NCBI RefSeq assembly: GCF_963921235.1
Contig: NC_086101.1
Coordinates: forward strand, 31,744,001-31,808,000
DNA: 64,000 nt
Direction of reading: 5' to 3'
DNA from: Mobula hypostoma
Lineage: Eukaryota
Numbering within the stretch: position 1 is the stretch's first letter; each line of letters begins with the position of its first letter. A program made the translations under genes and the position numbers. The notes under the pieces were generated by a model. That model saw nothing but the letters and a program-made list of their open reading frames with translations. It made no database searches and was not told the DNA's origin. Positions 1 to 12,612 of the stretch are shown here, in pieces.

Positions 1-448
1 TGGAAGTTGCAGAAAGGTAAGGGCTAAGACATCTTCAGGCAAGGATGGTTAGTGTGCAGTCAACCCAGGCAAAAAAGGTCTGAAGAGCCTAGCTTCTCTT
101 TGTACAGTTGGGGACTGGAGCCATTTACATATGGAGACAAGATAAGGATGTAACAGAGGGGACACACAAACTAAGGAACAATAACTTTGTTATTTTCAAA
201 GTTTCATTCATTTTTAGCTTATAGTTTCTATTGATTTTAACACCTGTATTGTGAATAGTGATTGATCATGCAAGTAAGGAATTTGAACATAGAGTATACC
301 AAATGATCAATATCCGTATATGTTAGTCAACTAAGTATAAAAATGACATTCCTCTGTTCAGAATTCAGAACAGCCTGGGTGACATGGGCCATGCTGTTCT
401 CATTATATGCAAGTAAATATAATTGAGGAATGAGTGCGAGTTTTCAAT

Positions 449-541
449 CCTGCTGAAGGGTCTCGCCCGAAATGTCGACGGTACTCTTTTCCATAGATGC
501 TGCCTGGCCTGCTGAGTTCCTCCAGTAGTTTGTGTGTGTTG
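449..541 (+). mobile_element. Penelope-like element 3' tail/pLTR fragment (degenerate hammerhead core)
   Basis: cctgctgaagggtctcgcccgaaatgtcgac...gatgctgcctggcctgctgagttcctccag matches the tail that follows the GIY-YIG remnants at 12.5 kb and 45.9 kb. Confidence 0.7.
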
Positions 542-744
542 CCGCGAGTTTTCAGAGTCCAGTTACTCGGCTGCACTGCACTTTCTCTGTCCTGTAACAT
601 TTTATTGTTTTTACTTTTATTATCTTAATGTATTTATGCATGGCAAGATCTTCAAGGATGGTACACGAACACCACAATCAATCACTGATTGCAAAGCTGG
701 ATGTTGTTCCCTGTGGGCTGGGAGTATCCACGTGACTGGCAGTC

Positions 745-870
745 GGCCAAAGGGTTTCGGACCAAAACATCGACTGTACTCGTTTCCTTGATGCTGACTG
801 GCCTGCTGAGTTCCTCCAGCATTTTGTATTTGTTGCTGGGTAATTTCCAGCATCTGCAGATACTCTCTTG
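745..870 (+). mobile_element. Penelope-like element tail fragment
   Basis: Second decayed copy of the same tail (ggcctgctgagttcctccagcattttg). Confidence 0.65.
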
Positions 871-893
871 TTTGTGATTGGCAGTCCGTCATC

Positions 894-912
894 GTGCGCC
901 CTCTAGCGGCCG
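894..912 (-). promoter_or_regulatory. CTCF-like motif
   Basis: Reverse complement CGGCCGCTAGAGGGCGCAC closely fits the CTCF core consensus; motif match only. Confidence 0.4.
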
Positions 913-1419
913 AGCCTGCGTTCCCGTGAAGTGACGCCTGATGACTGACAGCATCAGTGGTCGGGACAGGGTAAATCCTGGTCGCAGACATCAGATGTTT
1001 TCTCGACAACTCTCTGACTGCCAGGGTTACTGGGCTAGCAAATTCAGGATGGACTGAGTATCCCCGGCTGGGAGATGGAGACGTAGAGCTGGTGTATTCA
1101 CAATGCAAACCAGTTAAGCTCATGCAATATTCAACTTTCAGAGAAATCAACACGTTAACTCTTGGCGTTGCGGGATGAAGTTTTCAGGGTCAGGGGTCAA
1201 CGTGGTTCAGAACAGATACGGAAATCTGTCTTTCAACCCAACTCTTTCAGCAGGACAAAGATGTCTCTCTGAGCTAGTCCCATTTGCTTGTATTTGGCTC
1301 ATGTCTCTCTGGATTTTTTTCTATCCAAGTGCCTTCCGATTGTCATTTAAACATTGTACTTTTATTATGAATAAAGTTTGTTCTGTTAAAAAAAATAAAC
1401 ATTGTAATTGTAACCATGT

Positions 1420-1990
1420 CTCTCTACGTGGAGAAGTTGCTCCTCAGGTCTCTTTTAAATCTTCCCCTCTCATGTTAAGTCTATGCTCTCGAGTTTTAGA
1501 CTCCCCGAACCTGGGGAGAAGACTGTAACCATTAACATCGTCTATTTCCCTCATGATTTTATATATTTCTTTAAGCACATCCCTCAACATCCTATGCTCC
1601 AGGAGTACAAGTCCCAGCCTCTCCTTAACACCTTTGTGAATCTTTACTACACTCTTTCCAGCATAATGACTTCCTTCCCTTTGCTGGGGGAACCAGAACC
1701 GTACGCAGTACTCAAAAATGTGATCTAATGTATGTCTGCTATAATGATGTCCAATTCCTGTACTCAGTGCTTCAACTGATGAAGGCCAGCATATGAAACG
1801 TCTTCTTCACCACCCTGTCTACCTGTGCTGCCACTTTCAGAGAACCAGGTACCTGTACCCCCAGGTCTTTCTGTCTACAACAGTCCCCAGGGCTCTGCCA
1901 TCATCGTATAAATCTTGCCATGGTTCAATTGACCAAAGTGAATCACTTCACATTTGTCAAAGTTAAATTTCTTCAAAGGCAAACTTCTTC
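1420..1990 (-). mobile_element. CR1 LINE 3' fragment (decayed)
   Basis: Similar to the 3' part of the CR1 copies at 6.3-7.6 kb and 9.3-11.5 kb; boundaries approximate. Confidence 0.6.
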
Positions 1991-2369
1991 ACTCTCCACT
2001 AAAACCACCAATTTTGTTGTCAAATGTAGACTTACTGATCATGTTAACTGCCTTGTCAATGTGGATCTGGTGGGTTGAAGCATCTTTCTGTGCAGCACGA
2101 TTATAGCAAATGTGATCCACTGTCATTAACCGTCAGAGCGGTGAAAATAATTGGGAACCAAGTGGTGACAGAGAAGGATTCAAGACTGATGAGCGAGATC
2201 AAGATCAGAGAGTGAGGCTTCCCAGTTTGTGAGTGAGAGACACTGGGGGAGGGAAGAAGGGGAGAAGAGATCTGCCTGTCCTAATCCCAGTGCTGCACTA
2301 TGTTGGGAGACTGAGGACTCCAACATTCACAATATCGCCCCATTAAATACTATCATTTCACATTCAAAG

Positions 2370-2990
2370 TTTAATGTAAATTTAATACCAATGTATACAT
2401 ATGTCACCATATACTACTTTGAGATTAATTTTCTTGCAGATATTCACAGCAGAACAAAGAAATACAATAAAATCAATAGAAAACTACATACAAAGACTGA
2501 TGAACAACCAATGTGCAAAAGAAAACAAGCTGTTTACAGTAATTAATAAATAAATAAATCAATCAATCAACAATACTGGGCACATGAGTTGTAGAGCGTT
2601 TGAAAGTGAGTCCATAGGTTGTGTTCAGTGATCAGTTCAGAGCTGAGCTCATTCAGGAGCCTGATGGTTGAAGGGTAATAGCTGTTCCTGAACCCGGTGG
2701 TGTGGGACCTAAGACTCCCGTGCCTCCTTACCAATTGCAGCAGCAAGAAGAGAACATGGCCTGGATGGTGAGGATGCTGCTTTCTTGTGACAGTGCTCCT
2801 TGTACATGTGCTCAATGGTGGGGAGAACTTTCCCTGTGATGGGCTGGTCTGTATCCAACCAACAAATTTTATAGGCATTTCTGTTCTTGGGCATTGGTAT
2901 TTCCACACCAGGCCATGATGCAACCAGTCAGGATACTCTCCACTGTGCATCTGTAGAAGTTGGTCAAAGTTTCAGATGACCTGCTGAATC
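2370..2990 (-). mobile_element. Rex1/Babar-type LINE 3' fragment
   Basis: Minus ORF ends ...TTGFRNSYYPSTIRLLN, the same C-terminus as the copies at 49.9 kb and 51.2 kb, followed by the tail. Confidence 0.7.
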
Positions 2991-3259
2991 TACACAAACC
3001 AGCAGGTTTACATAGAGATCTGAGGAAAATCTTTCACCCGAGAGGGTGATTGAAATCTGAAACCTGAGGGGGTGATGAAGGCCAAGACTCTCACAACATT
3101 TGAAAAGCATTGGGCTGAGCACTGGATTCATTAAGGCAGAGAAGGCTCTGGACTAAGTGCTGATAAATGGAATGAATGTACATGGATATGTATTAGCCTG
3201 CATGGACATGATGGGCCGAAGGGCCTGCTTCTGTGACAAATGACCCTATGACTCCAAGC

Positions 3260-3620
3260 AATTTAAGTGCGAGTTCCCTGTTGGTCACTTTGGTCACTCT
3301 GCTATAGGAAAGATGTTACTAAACTAGAAAGAATACAGAACAGATTTGCCAGCACATTGCCTGGATTTAGGGGCCTGAGGTACAAGGAAAGGTTGCACTG
3401 ACTAGGACTTTATTCCATAGAATGTAGGAGATTGAGAGGTGACCTGATAAAGATATATAAGACCATGAGGGCACAGACAGTATGAAAGCATGTAGTCTTT
3501 TTCACAGGGAAAGAGTGCTAAAAGCAAGAAAGCAGAGGTTTAAGATTAGAGGTGACAATTTAAAAGGGACATTTGGGGTAGCTTCTTCACACAGATGGTG
3601 GTGCATATTTGGGAAGAGGA
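3260..3620 (+). mobile_element. CR1 3' fragment (decayed)
   Basis: Similar to CR1 ORF2 C-terminal DNA (gactttattccatagaatgtaggagattgagaggtgacctgata). Confidence 0.55.
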
Positions 3621-4479
3621 ATCTGGCCTACAGTAGGGGTCTGCTGGGCCATCTCTGACTTTGCCATTTCTGTGGGCTCCTCCCTGCCTTCTCCACAACT
3701 AATGGATGGGGGTGAGGTAAGGTGAGACGATGACCCAAAGCCCCAAATCCTACAGTTGTATGTTGGACCTAGCACAGGTCCCAGTGAGGTCACCCTTCAA
3801 CAGACCCACCTGACAGAGCTTTTGACAGCAGCTGATGAAGTGACCACCCTCTGACCTCAGGAGAGGAGACTCAACTTCAACTCACCTCACAGCTTCACCC
3901 ACAGACAGAAAAGTTGTGTAACTACTGGCTTTGCTGTCAGTGTTGGTTCATTATTCACAATCCTTTGACCACACCCAGGGCTGGTGAAGACACCAGATGT
4001 CAGGTTAACCAGAGAAAAGATAGAGCAATTCCAATGTAATATCCCACTGCTACCAGGACCTGTTCACACCCCAGTGTCCCAGACCGAGGCAATACGTTTA
4101 CACCGGCCAATTCATCCAACTCCATACCATCCATTTCCGCCCCGGCACAGAGAGAGGGAAAACACAGAAACAGGCCATTCGACCCTCTGAGTCTATCAGC
4201 CACCCACTGTTTCCCAATGTCAGAACATTTTCTAACTCAAATCTCACAACAGACTGGTTTTAGAGCTATTTTAACCCAATGAGTGAACACACTGAGTCTA
4301 TGGGCAGGTGAGGTGGATAGAGTTAGGAGTAGTGTCAACACTGGGCCTGCTTCCTGCTGTTCCTCTCAGTCTCACCCTCTCTCTTGTCTCCCTCTGGAAA
4401 CGTATTTGTCACCTTTCACATTCTAAGCCTTAAGAGATAAATGATTCAAAAAGGAAAGGTTCTCTCTCAATCTCGCTCT

Positions 4480-4617
4480 NNNNNNNNNNNNNNNNNNNNN
4501 NNNNNNNNNNNNNNNNNNNNNNNNNNNNNNNNNNNNNNNNNNNNNNNNNNNNNNNNNNNNNNNNNNNNNNNNNNNNNNNNNNNNNNNNNNNNNNNNNNNN
4601 NNNNNNNNNNNNNNNNN
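4480..4617. other. Assembly gap (138 N)
   Basis: Run of N. Confidence 1.
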
Positions 4618-4989
4618 GGGTTACTTTATCCATTTCCAAGGAACAAGAGTTGCTCCAGGACATGCCCCCTTCTCATTTTTACCATCAAGGAGGAGGTACA
4701 GGAGCCTAAAGACACACACTCAATGTTTTAAAAACAGCTTCTTCCAACTCCGCCGTCAGATTTCTGAATGAACAATGAACCATGAACACCACCTCACTAC
4801 CTCCATTGTTCTGTCTCTTTTTGCACTATTTGTTTAATTTATGGGCGAACAAGACACAGTCAATCAGAATTGACTGGGTGCAGGTTAATGAGATTGGGCA
4901 GATTAATGGATCAGCAAGGACTAGTTGGGCCGAAGGGCCTGTTTCTGTGCTGTGCTCTACGACAAATTAAAATCTCACATTAATAACCA

Positions 4990-5905
4990 CTCGAGAAGAT
5001 GTCTCCGCTGGCGGAGGGACGCCCCCACCCCCCTGTCCTGTCTTATCGGAGGTCGGTGTGACTCAGGTGTGTGGAGGACTCGGGCTGGGCTCACCTCCAC
5101 TCATTCGGAGTTATGAATCCCACAGAATTTGTTCCATACCTCAACGCCACTTCCAGTGTCATTCAGAGATGCGGGTAGGAAATGACTGTATGGGTTGCTA
5201 CCCCATACCCTCTAATTCCTAGCCCTTGTCACCGTCCCGACACGAATGGCCGTCGGTGTTTTCCCACCTATGAACGCTAGGGTATCCAATGTAACTCTCT
5301 TTACGAAGATGTTTTTCCCTTGTACGTGTGAACTTGGGTGGAGATGGGGGCTTCTGCATTGAGCGGTGCCCTGTAGAAATTGGTGAGTTCACACGGGATC
5401 TCCCAGCCACTTGTCACTTCTATGGGCTGGAAGAGATTGTGTACCGGATGTACATGGAGTACACGAGGCTACAGTCCTATTCGCACATCTGGGGGTGGAG
5501 GGTGGGGAGAGGGGGAAGGGACTGGTCCTCGCCTTCTGGTTGCATTTTACCTCAACCCTCTTCATAGTTTGGCCATCCAGTACGGAGGTAGGCAAGGAGA
5601 GAGCGGGATATCCTGGGACTGGGAAAAACAGTAGCTATCCGTTTATCCAGGAAGCGGGCAGCGGAGGGTTCTGTCTGGGATGACAACCAGGCGATATTCC
5701 GGGAGAGTTGGGTATCGGTGCCCGGGGAACCGTGGAGAAGGAACACGCGGTGTTCACGGGTGCAATGGAGGTGTGAACGGTAAATGTCCTCAACAGGGAT
5801 TGGAACGTTTTAATTCGGATTGTGTTAATCACTGTTATTGTCTCTGTGTATGTTGTAGTACTGTAGAATGTGATTTGCAATAAATATATTTTTGTATTTT
5901 TGTCT
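4990..5905 (+). mobile_element. Tx1-clade LINE ORF2 C-terminus and 3' UTR (decayed)
   Basis: Frames give FYGLEEIVYRMYMEYTRLQ, LAFWLHFTSTLFI and EKEHAVFTGAMEV, resembling the Xenopus Tx1 ORF2 C-terminal Cys/His region; ends in AATAAATATATTTTTG. Confidence 0.65.
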
Positions 5906-6317
5906 TTTGTAACCTGTACACGGACATGCAAAAAAATTACCGTCCCTCTACACTGTTCGGGGGGGGGGAACATATCCTAAAGGAAACATATCAAACATCC
6001 CTCGCCTTTAAACCCCAGTAAGGAACTGTCTGAACTGTGCAATCCAGCTGCTGTTCTGAGAATGCAGACCACACTCCCTCCCTCACTGGCCAGTATGTCC
6101 CCCACCCCTTCCACCGCAGTGTCTGATCTCTTCCTACTGGACTGAGACTCCGGTTTCGGGGCACACACTGCACCAGCCGTGTTCAGGACCTCCAAGTCTG
6201 TGTGATCACCTTAGTGGTCCTGTACACCGACCTCGACCACTGCCTCAATTATCACACGTTACTATTTCGTCTGTCTGGCTCCGACCTGGATATTAGTGCG
6301 TGGGCTGAACCCATCAC

Positions 6318-7620
6318 TCGGTTCGCCACATGGATTTGTGAAAGGAAAATCATGTCTGACGAATATCATAGAATTTTTTGAGGATGTAACTAGTAGAGTG
6401 GATAGGGGAGAACCAGTGGATGTGGTATATTTGGATTTTCAGAAGGCTTTTGACAAGGTCCCACACAGGAGATTAGTGTGCAAACTTAAAGCACACGGTA
6501 TTGGGGGGTAAGGTATTGATGTGGATAGAGAATTGGTTGGCAGACAGGAAGCAAAGAGTGGGAATAAACAGGACCTTTTCAGAATGGCAGGCGGTGACTA
6601 GTGGGGTACTGCAAGGCTCAATGCTGGGATCCCAGTTGTTTACAAAATATATTAATGACTTAGATGAGGGAATTAAATGCAGCATCTCCAAGTTTGCGGA
6701 TGACACGAAGCTGGGCGGCAGTGTTAGCTGTGAGGAGGATGCTAAGAGGATGCAGGGTGACTTGGATAGGTTAAGTGACTGGGAAAATTCATGGCAGATG
6801 CAATTTAATGTGGATAAAAGTGAGGTTATCCACTTTGGTGGCAAAAACAGGAAAACAGATTATTATCTGAATGGTGGCCAATTAGGAAAAGGGGAGGTGC
6901 AATGAGACCTGGGTGTCATTATACACCAGTCATTGAAAGTGGGCATGCAGGTACAGCAGGCGGTGAAAAAGGCGAATGGTATGCTGGCATTCATAGCAAG
7001 AGGATTCGAGTTCAGGGGCAGGGAGGTACTACTGCAGTTGTACAAGGCCTTGGTGAGACCACACCTGGAGTATTGTGTGCAGTTTTGGTCCCCTAATCTG
7101 AGGAAAGACATTCTTGCCATAGAGGGAGTACAAAGAAGGTTCACCAGATTGATTCCTGGGATGGCAGGACTTTCATATGATGAAAGACTGGATGGACTAG
7201 GCTTATACTCGCTGGAATTTAGAAGATTGAGGGGGGATCTGATTGAAACGTATAAAATTCTAAAGGGATTGGACAGGCTAGATGCAGGAAGATTGTTCCC
7301 GATGTTGGGGAAGTCCAGAACGAGGGGTCACAGTTTAAGGATAAAGGGGGAATCTTTTAGGATCGAGATGAGGAAAAACTTCTTCACACAGAGAGTGGTG
7401 AATCTGTGGAATTCTCTGCCACAGGAAACAGTTGAGGCCAGTTCATTGGCTATAATTAAGAGGGAGTTAGATATGGCCCTTGTGGCTAAAGGGATTGGGG
7501 TATGGAGAGAAGGCTGGTACAGGGTTCTGAGTTGGATGATCAGCCATGATCATACTGAATGGCGGTGCAGGCTCGAAAGGCCGAATGGCCTACTCCTGTA
7601 CCTATTTTCTATGTTTCTAT
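6318..7620 (+). mobile_element. CR1 LINE, 5'-truncated, frameshifted ORF2 (RT and C-terminus)
   Basis: HGFVKGKSCLTN, YLDFQKAFDKVPH, QGSMLG, KFADD and RTRGHSLRI motifs in ORFs 6296-6511, 6501-6905 and 6933-7838. Confidence 0.95.
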
Positions 7621-8130
7621 GCCCCCTTATTGCTCTAACGCCACCACACAGAGAACTCCCGCTCTGGCCGTCATGGACCCCAGAACCCAATCGACAAGCT
7701 GTAATCAGTGCCCGGGGCAGTTGGACCTTCACACCTGTCCAGCCAAGTGTCTGGCCATTATCCCAATTTCTCGTCTCCTGCCAACACTCCCCATCATCTC
7801 CATGGACTAGCTCCGGTCAACAGCAATTCCCTTCCTGAAGTTGATATGAAAACAGGCAGACCTGTCCCGTCCGCTGCCTCAGTCCCTTCTTCAGACATTC
7901 CTCCACGTTTGTCAGCGGACCCACTCTTTACAAACCCGTGCTGTTTCTCCCCAACTAACTCACAGTTTTTAACCCGCTGTCACTCTGATCTCGGCGACAG
8001 ATTGCAGACCTCTCTCAGGGAAGGATCAAGGACCAACGACTCAAATTCTCTGATCCTGAGACATAAAATATAAACTCTGTTCCCAGTTTGTCAATAGAGA
8101 TGGGCAGTAGGCTCAGGTTTATAGATAGGT

Positions 8131-8903
8131 TGTCACAGACTGCGTTCTCTTTTAAAACAAATTACAATCATCGTAGCATTGTAAGGATAAGAACATATCT
8201 TTGGCCGATACAGACATAAATACATACTCTATTATAATGCCAACTGATTTCAGGGAGTTCAAACAGTAAAATCTTTTAAATGTTATGATCAGAAAACTCA
8301 CACTCTCCAGCCTGTGCTCCACATATAAAAGCCGTCACCAACACAGAGAAGTAAACCCCAGCTCCCATATCTCCCCGGTCTCGCAAACTCGACCGCTCCT
8401 CGTCCAGCACCAATTCAGCTCAATCTGCCACCAGTTTCTCGATTACGCCTAACTTCAGTCGTTCACTGTAGTGCAGTCTGTAATTGATATGCGCCTGAGG
8501 GTAGGTGAACCAGTCAGACGCCGATCTTTTTACTCGTCATCTGTCTCCGGGTAGAATACAGACCAACTTGCTCTGAATTACACCAAAAGTTGAGTAAGAG
8601 ATGCTCCGAGAAGAGGCGCTTTCTTCAAAAGAGACTTTTGTTCTGCGTTGAATTGAACAGTCTACGCAGATAATTCTACTTCACTCTCTCACCGCTGAGT
8701 TGAAGGAGAGGACGGATCCACTCCATTCAGCGAGTCAGACCGCACCAATAAGGGAGCAACTGGGTTAAATTATCAGGTTTGAGGCTTTTCGTCAGGTCTG
8801 GTAAACCTTTACCCTTCCCTCTGCTCTACCTGACCCTCCCCTATCTTTGCTATTGAAAACGTTGACTATTGGTTTTGGACTCTCTATCTCTCCACTGAGA
8901 ACA
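8131..8903 (-). mobile_element. Probable LTR
   Basis: TG...CA termini (tgtcac at 8131, gagaaca at 8903) around about 770 bp of non-LINE sequence; no TSD seen. Confidence 0.4.
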
Positions 8904-9266
8904 CAGAACAGTACAGCACAGGAAAAGGCCTTTCAGCCTTCCATGTCTGTACTGACCATGATGTCAATTTAAACTGAACCCATCTGCCCACGCGTGGTCT
9001 ATATCCCTCCATTCGCTGACTAAATCCCTCTTAAACATTGCTATGGTATCTGCTTCCACCACCACCCCCGGTAGTCTGTTCCAGTCATCCAGCACGCTCT
9101 GCAAATATCCTTCAAACTTACCCTCATTGCCTTACACCCATGCCCTCCAGTATTTGACAATTCACTCTGGGAAAAACTCTCTATCTACCCTCTCCCCAAC
9201 CTATCTCTGTAAAACTGCTCTTCCTTTTTCTCATTTCCTTCACCTCCACTGCATCTGTTCTCAGGA

Positions 9267-11538
9267 TAACCATATAACCATATAACAATTACAGCATGGA
9301 AACAGGCCATCTCGGCCCTCCTAGTCCATGCAAAACTCTTACTCTCACCTAGCCCCACCAACCTGCACTCAGCCCATAACCCTCCATTCCTTTCCTGTCC
9401 ATATATCTATCCAATTTAAGTTTAAATGACAACATTGAACCTGCCTCAACCACTTCTGCTGGAAGCTCGTTCCACACAGCTACCACTCTCTGAGTGAAGA
9501 AGTTCCCCCTCATGTTACCCCTAAACTTTTGCCCTTTAACTCTCAACTCATGTCCTCTTGTTTGAATCTCCCTCACTCTCAATGGAAAAAACCTATCCAC
9601 GTCAACTCTATCTATCCCCCTCATAAGTTTAAATACCTCTATCAAGTCCCCCCTCAACCTTCTACAATCCAAAGAATAAAGACCTAACTTGTTCAACCTT
9701 TCTCTGTAACTTAGGAGATGAAACCCAGGCAACATTTTAATAAATCTCCTCTGTACTTTCTCAATTTTATTGACATCTTTCTTATAATTCAGTGACCAGA
9801 ACTGTACACAATACTCCAATTTAGGCCTTACCAATGCCTTATGCAATTTCAACATTACATCCCAACTCCTATACTCAATGCTCTGATTTATAAAGGCCAG
9901 CATACCAAAAGCTTTCTTCACCACCCTATCGACATGAGATTCCACCTTCAGGGAACTATGCATCATTATTCCTAGATCCCTCTGTTCTACTGCATTCTTC
10001 AATGCCCTACCATTTACCATGTATGTCCTATTTTGATTAGTCCTACCAAAATGTAGCACCTCGCATTTATCAACATTAAACTTCATCTGCCATCTTTCAG
10101 CCCACTCTTCTAAGTGGTCTAAATCTCTCTGCAAGCTTTGAAACCCTACTTCATCATCCACAACTCCACCTATCTTAGTATCATCTGCATACTTACTAAT
10201 CCAATTTACCATCCCATCATCCAGATCATTAATATATATGACAAACAACATTGGACCCAGTACAGACCCCTGAAGCACACCACTAGTCACCGTCCTCCAA
10301 TCTGACACACAGTTATCCACCACTACTCTCTGGCATCTCCCAGCCAGCCACTGATGAATCCATTTTACTATTTCGATATTAATGCCTAACCATTGAACCT
10401 TCCTAAATAACCTTCCATGTGGAACCTTGTCAAAGGCCTTACTGAAGTCCATATAGACAACATCCACCACTTTACCCTCACCAACTTTCCTAGTAACATC
10501 TTCAAAAAATTCAAAAAGATTTGTCAAACGTGACCTTCTACGCACAAATCCATGTTGACTGGTCCTAATCAGACCCTGTCTATCCAGATAATTATATATA
10601 CCATCTCTAAGAATACTTCCCATGAATGTACCCACCACTGATGTCAAACTCACAGTCCGAAAATTGCTAGGTTTACTCTTAGAACCCTTTTTAAACAATG
10701 GAACAACATGAGCAATACGCCAATCTTCTGGCACCATCCCCGTTTCTAATGACATTTGAAATATTTCTGTCAGAGCCCCTGCTATTTCCACACTAACTTC
10801 CCTCAAGGTCCTAGGGAATATCCTGTCCGGACCTGGAGACTTATCCAGTTTTATATTCCTTAAAAGCACCAGTACTTCCTCTTCTCTAATCATCATACTT
10901 CCCATAACTACTCTTCTTGTTTCCTTTACCTTACACAATTCAATATCCTTCTCCTTAGTGAATACCGAATAAAAGAAATTGTTCAAAATCTCCCCCATCT
11001 CTTTTGGCTCCACACATAGCTGTCCACTCTGATTCTCTAAGGGACCAATTTTATCCCTCACTATCCTTTTGCTATTAATATAACTGTAGAAACCCTTTGG
11101 ATTTATTTTCACCTTACTTGCCAAAGCAGCCTCATATCTTCTTTTAGCTTTTGTAATTTCTTTCTTAAGATTCTTTTTAAATTCTTTATGTTCCTCGAGC
11201 ACCTCATTTACTCCAAGCTGCCTATACTTATTGTAGATCCCTCTCTTTTTCCGAACCAAGTTTCCAATATCCCTTGAAAACCATGGCTCTCTCAAACCTT
11301 TAACCTTTCCTTTCAACCTAACTGGAACATAAAGATCCTGTACCCTCAAAATTTCACCTTTAAATGACCTCCATTTCTCTATTACATCCTTCCCATAAAA
11401 CAAATTGTCCCAATCCACTCCTTCTAAATCCTTTTCAATCTCTTCAAAGTTAGCCTTTCTCCAATCAAAAATCTCAACCCTGGGTCCAGTCCTATCCTTC
11501 TCCATAATTATATTGAAACTAATGGTATTGTGATCACC
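9267..11538 (-). mobile_element. CR1 LINE, 5'-truncated at the end of the endonuclease domain
   Basis: Uninterrupted ORF2 plus (TGGTTATA)n-like tail at 9267-9290. Confidence 0.95.
9349..11505 (-). CDS. CR1 ORF2 reverse transcriptase (718 aa open, lacks most of the endonuclease)
   Basis: KSPGPDRIFPR, YMDFSKAFDKVPH, QGSVLGP, KYADD and HLEYC-like motifs without stops. Confidence 0.9.
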   Translation of the reverse strand: MEKDRTGPRVEIFDWRKANFEEIEKDLEGVDWDNLFYGKDVIEKWRSFKGEILRVQDLYVPVRLKGKVKGLREPWFSRDIGNLVRKKRGIYNKYRQLGVNEVLEEHKEFKKNLKKEITKAKRRYEAALASKVKINPKGFYSYINSKRIVRDKIGPLENQSGQLCVEPKEMGEILNNFFYSVFTKEKDIELCKVKETRRVVMGSMMIREEEVLVLLRNIKLDKSPGPDRIFPRTLREVSVEIAGALTEIFQMSLETGMVPEDWRIAHVVPLFKKGSKSKPSNFRTVSLTSVVGTFMGSILRDGIYNYLDRQGLIRTSQHGFVRRRSRLTNLFEFFEDVTRKVGEGKVVDVVYMDFSKAFDKVPHGRLFRKVQWLGINIEIVKWIHQWLAGRCQRVVVDNCVSDWRTVTSGVLQGSVLGPMLFVIYINDLDDGMVNWISKYADDTKIGGVVDDEVGFQSLQRDLDHLEEWAERWQMKFNVDKCEVLHFGRTNQNRTYMVNGRALKNAVEQRDLGIMMHSSLKVESHVDRVVKKAFGMLAFINQSIEYRSWDVMLKLHKALVRPKLEYCVQFWSLNYKKDVNKIEKVQRRFIKMLPGFHLLSYRERLNKLGLYSLDCRRLRGDLIEVFKLMRGIDRVDVDRFFPLRVREIQTRGHELRVKGQKFRGNMRGNFFTQRVVAVWNELPAEVVEAGSMLSFKLKLDRYMDRKGMEGYGLSAGWWG

Positions 11539-11539
11539 A

Positions 11540-12612
11540 TGGATGTGGCTTTCCTTTCCAGGACATTTGAAATGCCCTTCTTCTTCAAAGAATGGGATCT
11601 CTGTCCCTCCACTATTGATACTGCGCTCACCTGCATCTCAGTATTTCCTGAAAATCTGCACTCACCCCATCTTCCCACCACCTTAACAGTGATAGAGTTC
11701 CCCTTGTCCTTACCTACCATCCCATGAGCCACCACATCCAACACATCATCATCCACAACTCCTGCCATCTCCAAAGGGATCTTACCACTGAACTCCACCC
11801 CCTTCCTGCATTCTATAGGGATCACTCCCGATGCAATTCTCTTTTTCATTCATCCCTCCCTCCCAGCACTTAACCCTGCATATGGCCAAAGTGCTACACC
11901 TGCCCAATCACCTCCTCCCTCACCTCCATTCAAAGCCCCGAACAGTCCTTCCAGGTGAAGCAATATTTCACCTGTGAATCCGCGGGAGACATCCATTATG
12001 TCTGATGCACCTGATGTGGCCTGCTCTGCATTGGTGAGACATGACATAAATTGGGGGACTGCTTCATCAAGCACCATATCCCACAAGTGTAATTTCCTGG
12101 TGGCCAAGCAATTTAATTCCAATTCTATTTTCCGTTCCAACATGTCAGTCCATGGCCTCCTCTTTTGCCAAAATAAGGCCACCCTCAGGGTGGAGGAGCA
12201 ACAACTTATATTCCGTCTGGGTAGCCTCCAATCTGATGGCATGAATATCGATTTCTCCTTCCAGTTAAAAAAAAATCCACCTCTCCTGTTCCTCTATTCC
12301 ACACTCTGGCCTTTTACCCCTTCTCTCCTTCCTATTACTTCCCCCTGGGTCCCCTCCTCCTTCCCTTTCTCCTACGGTCCTCTCTCCTCTCCTATCAGAG
12401 CCCTTCTTCACCAGCCCTTCACCTTTTCCACCCACCTGGCTTCACCTATCACCTTCCAGCTAGCCTCCTCCCCATCCTCCCACCTTTTTATTCTGACATC
12501 TTCCGCCTTCCTTCTCAGTCCTGAAGAAGGGTCTTGGCCTGAAATGTCGACTGTTATTCATTTCCATAAATGCTACCGGACTTGCTGAATTCCCTCAGCA
12601 TTTTGTGTGTGT
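11540..12612 (+). mobile_element. Penelope-like element 3' fragment (linker, GIY-YIG endonuclease end, tail)
   Basis: VAKQFNS...SVHGLL...LRVEEQQLIFRLGSLQSDGMNIDFS typical of vertebrate PLE endonuclease C-termini, then a pyrimidine-rich tail. Confidence 0.85.
12516..12553 (+). ncRNA. Minimal type I hammerhead ribozyme motif in PLE tail
   Basis: CAGTC-CTGAAGA-(stem II AGG..CCT)-GAAA-TGTC-GACTG: stem I is perfectly paired, core CUGANGA/GAAA/GUC is present. Confidence 0.6.

Noticed and set aside
7620-8130. Retroviral gag/protease next to the LTR at 8131
   Set aside because: No convincing CCHC or DTGA motif in any frame.
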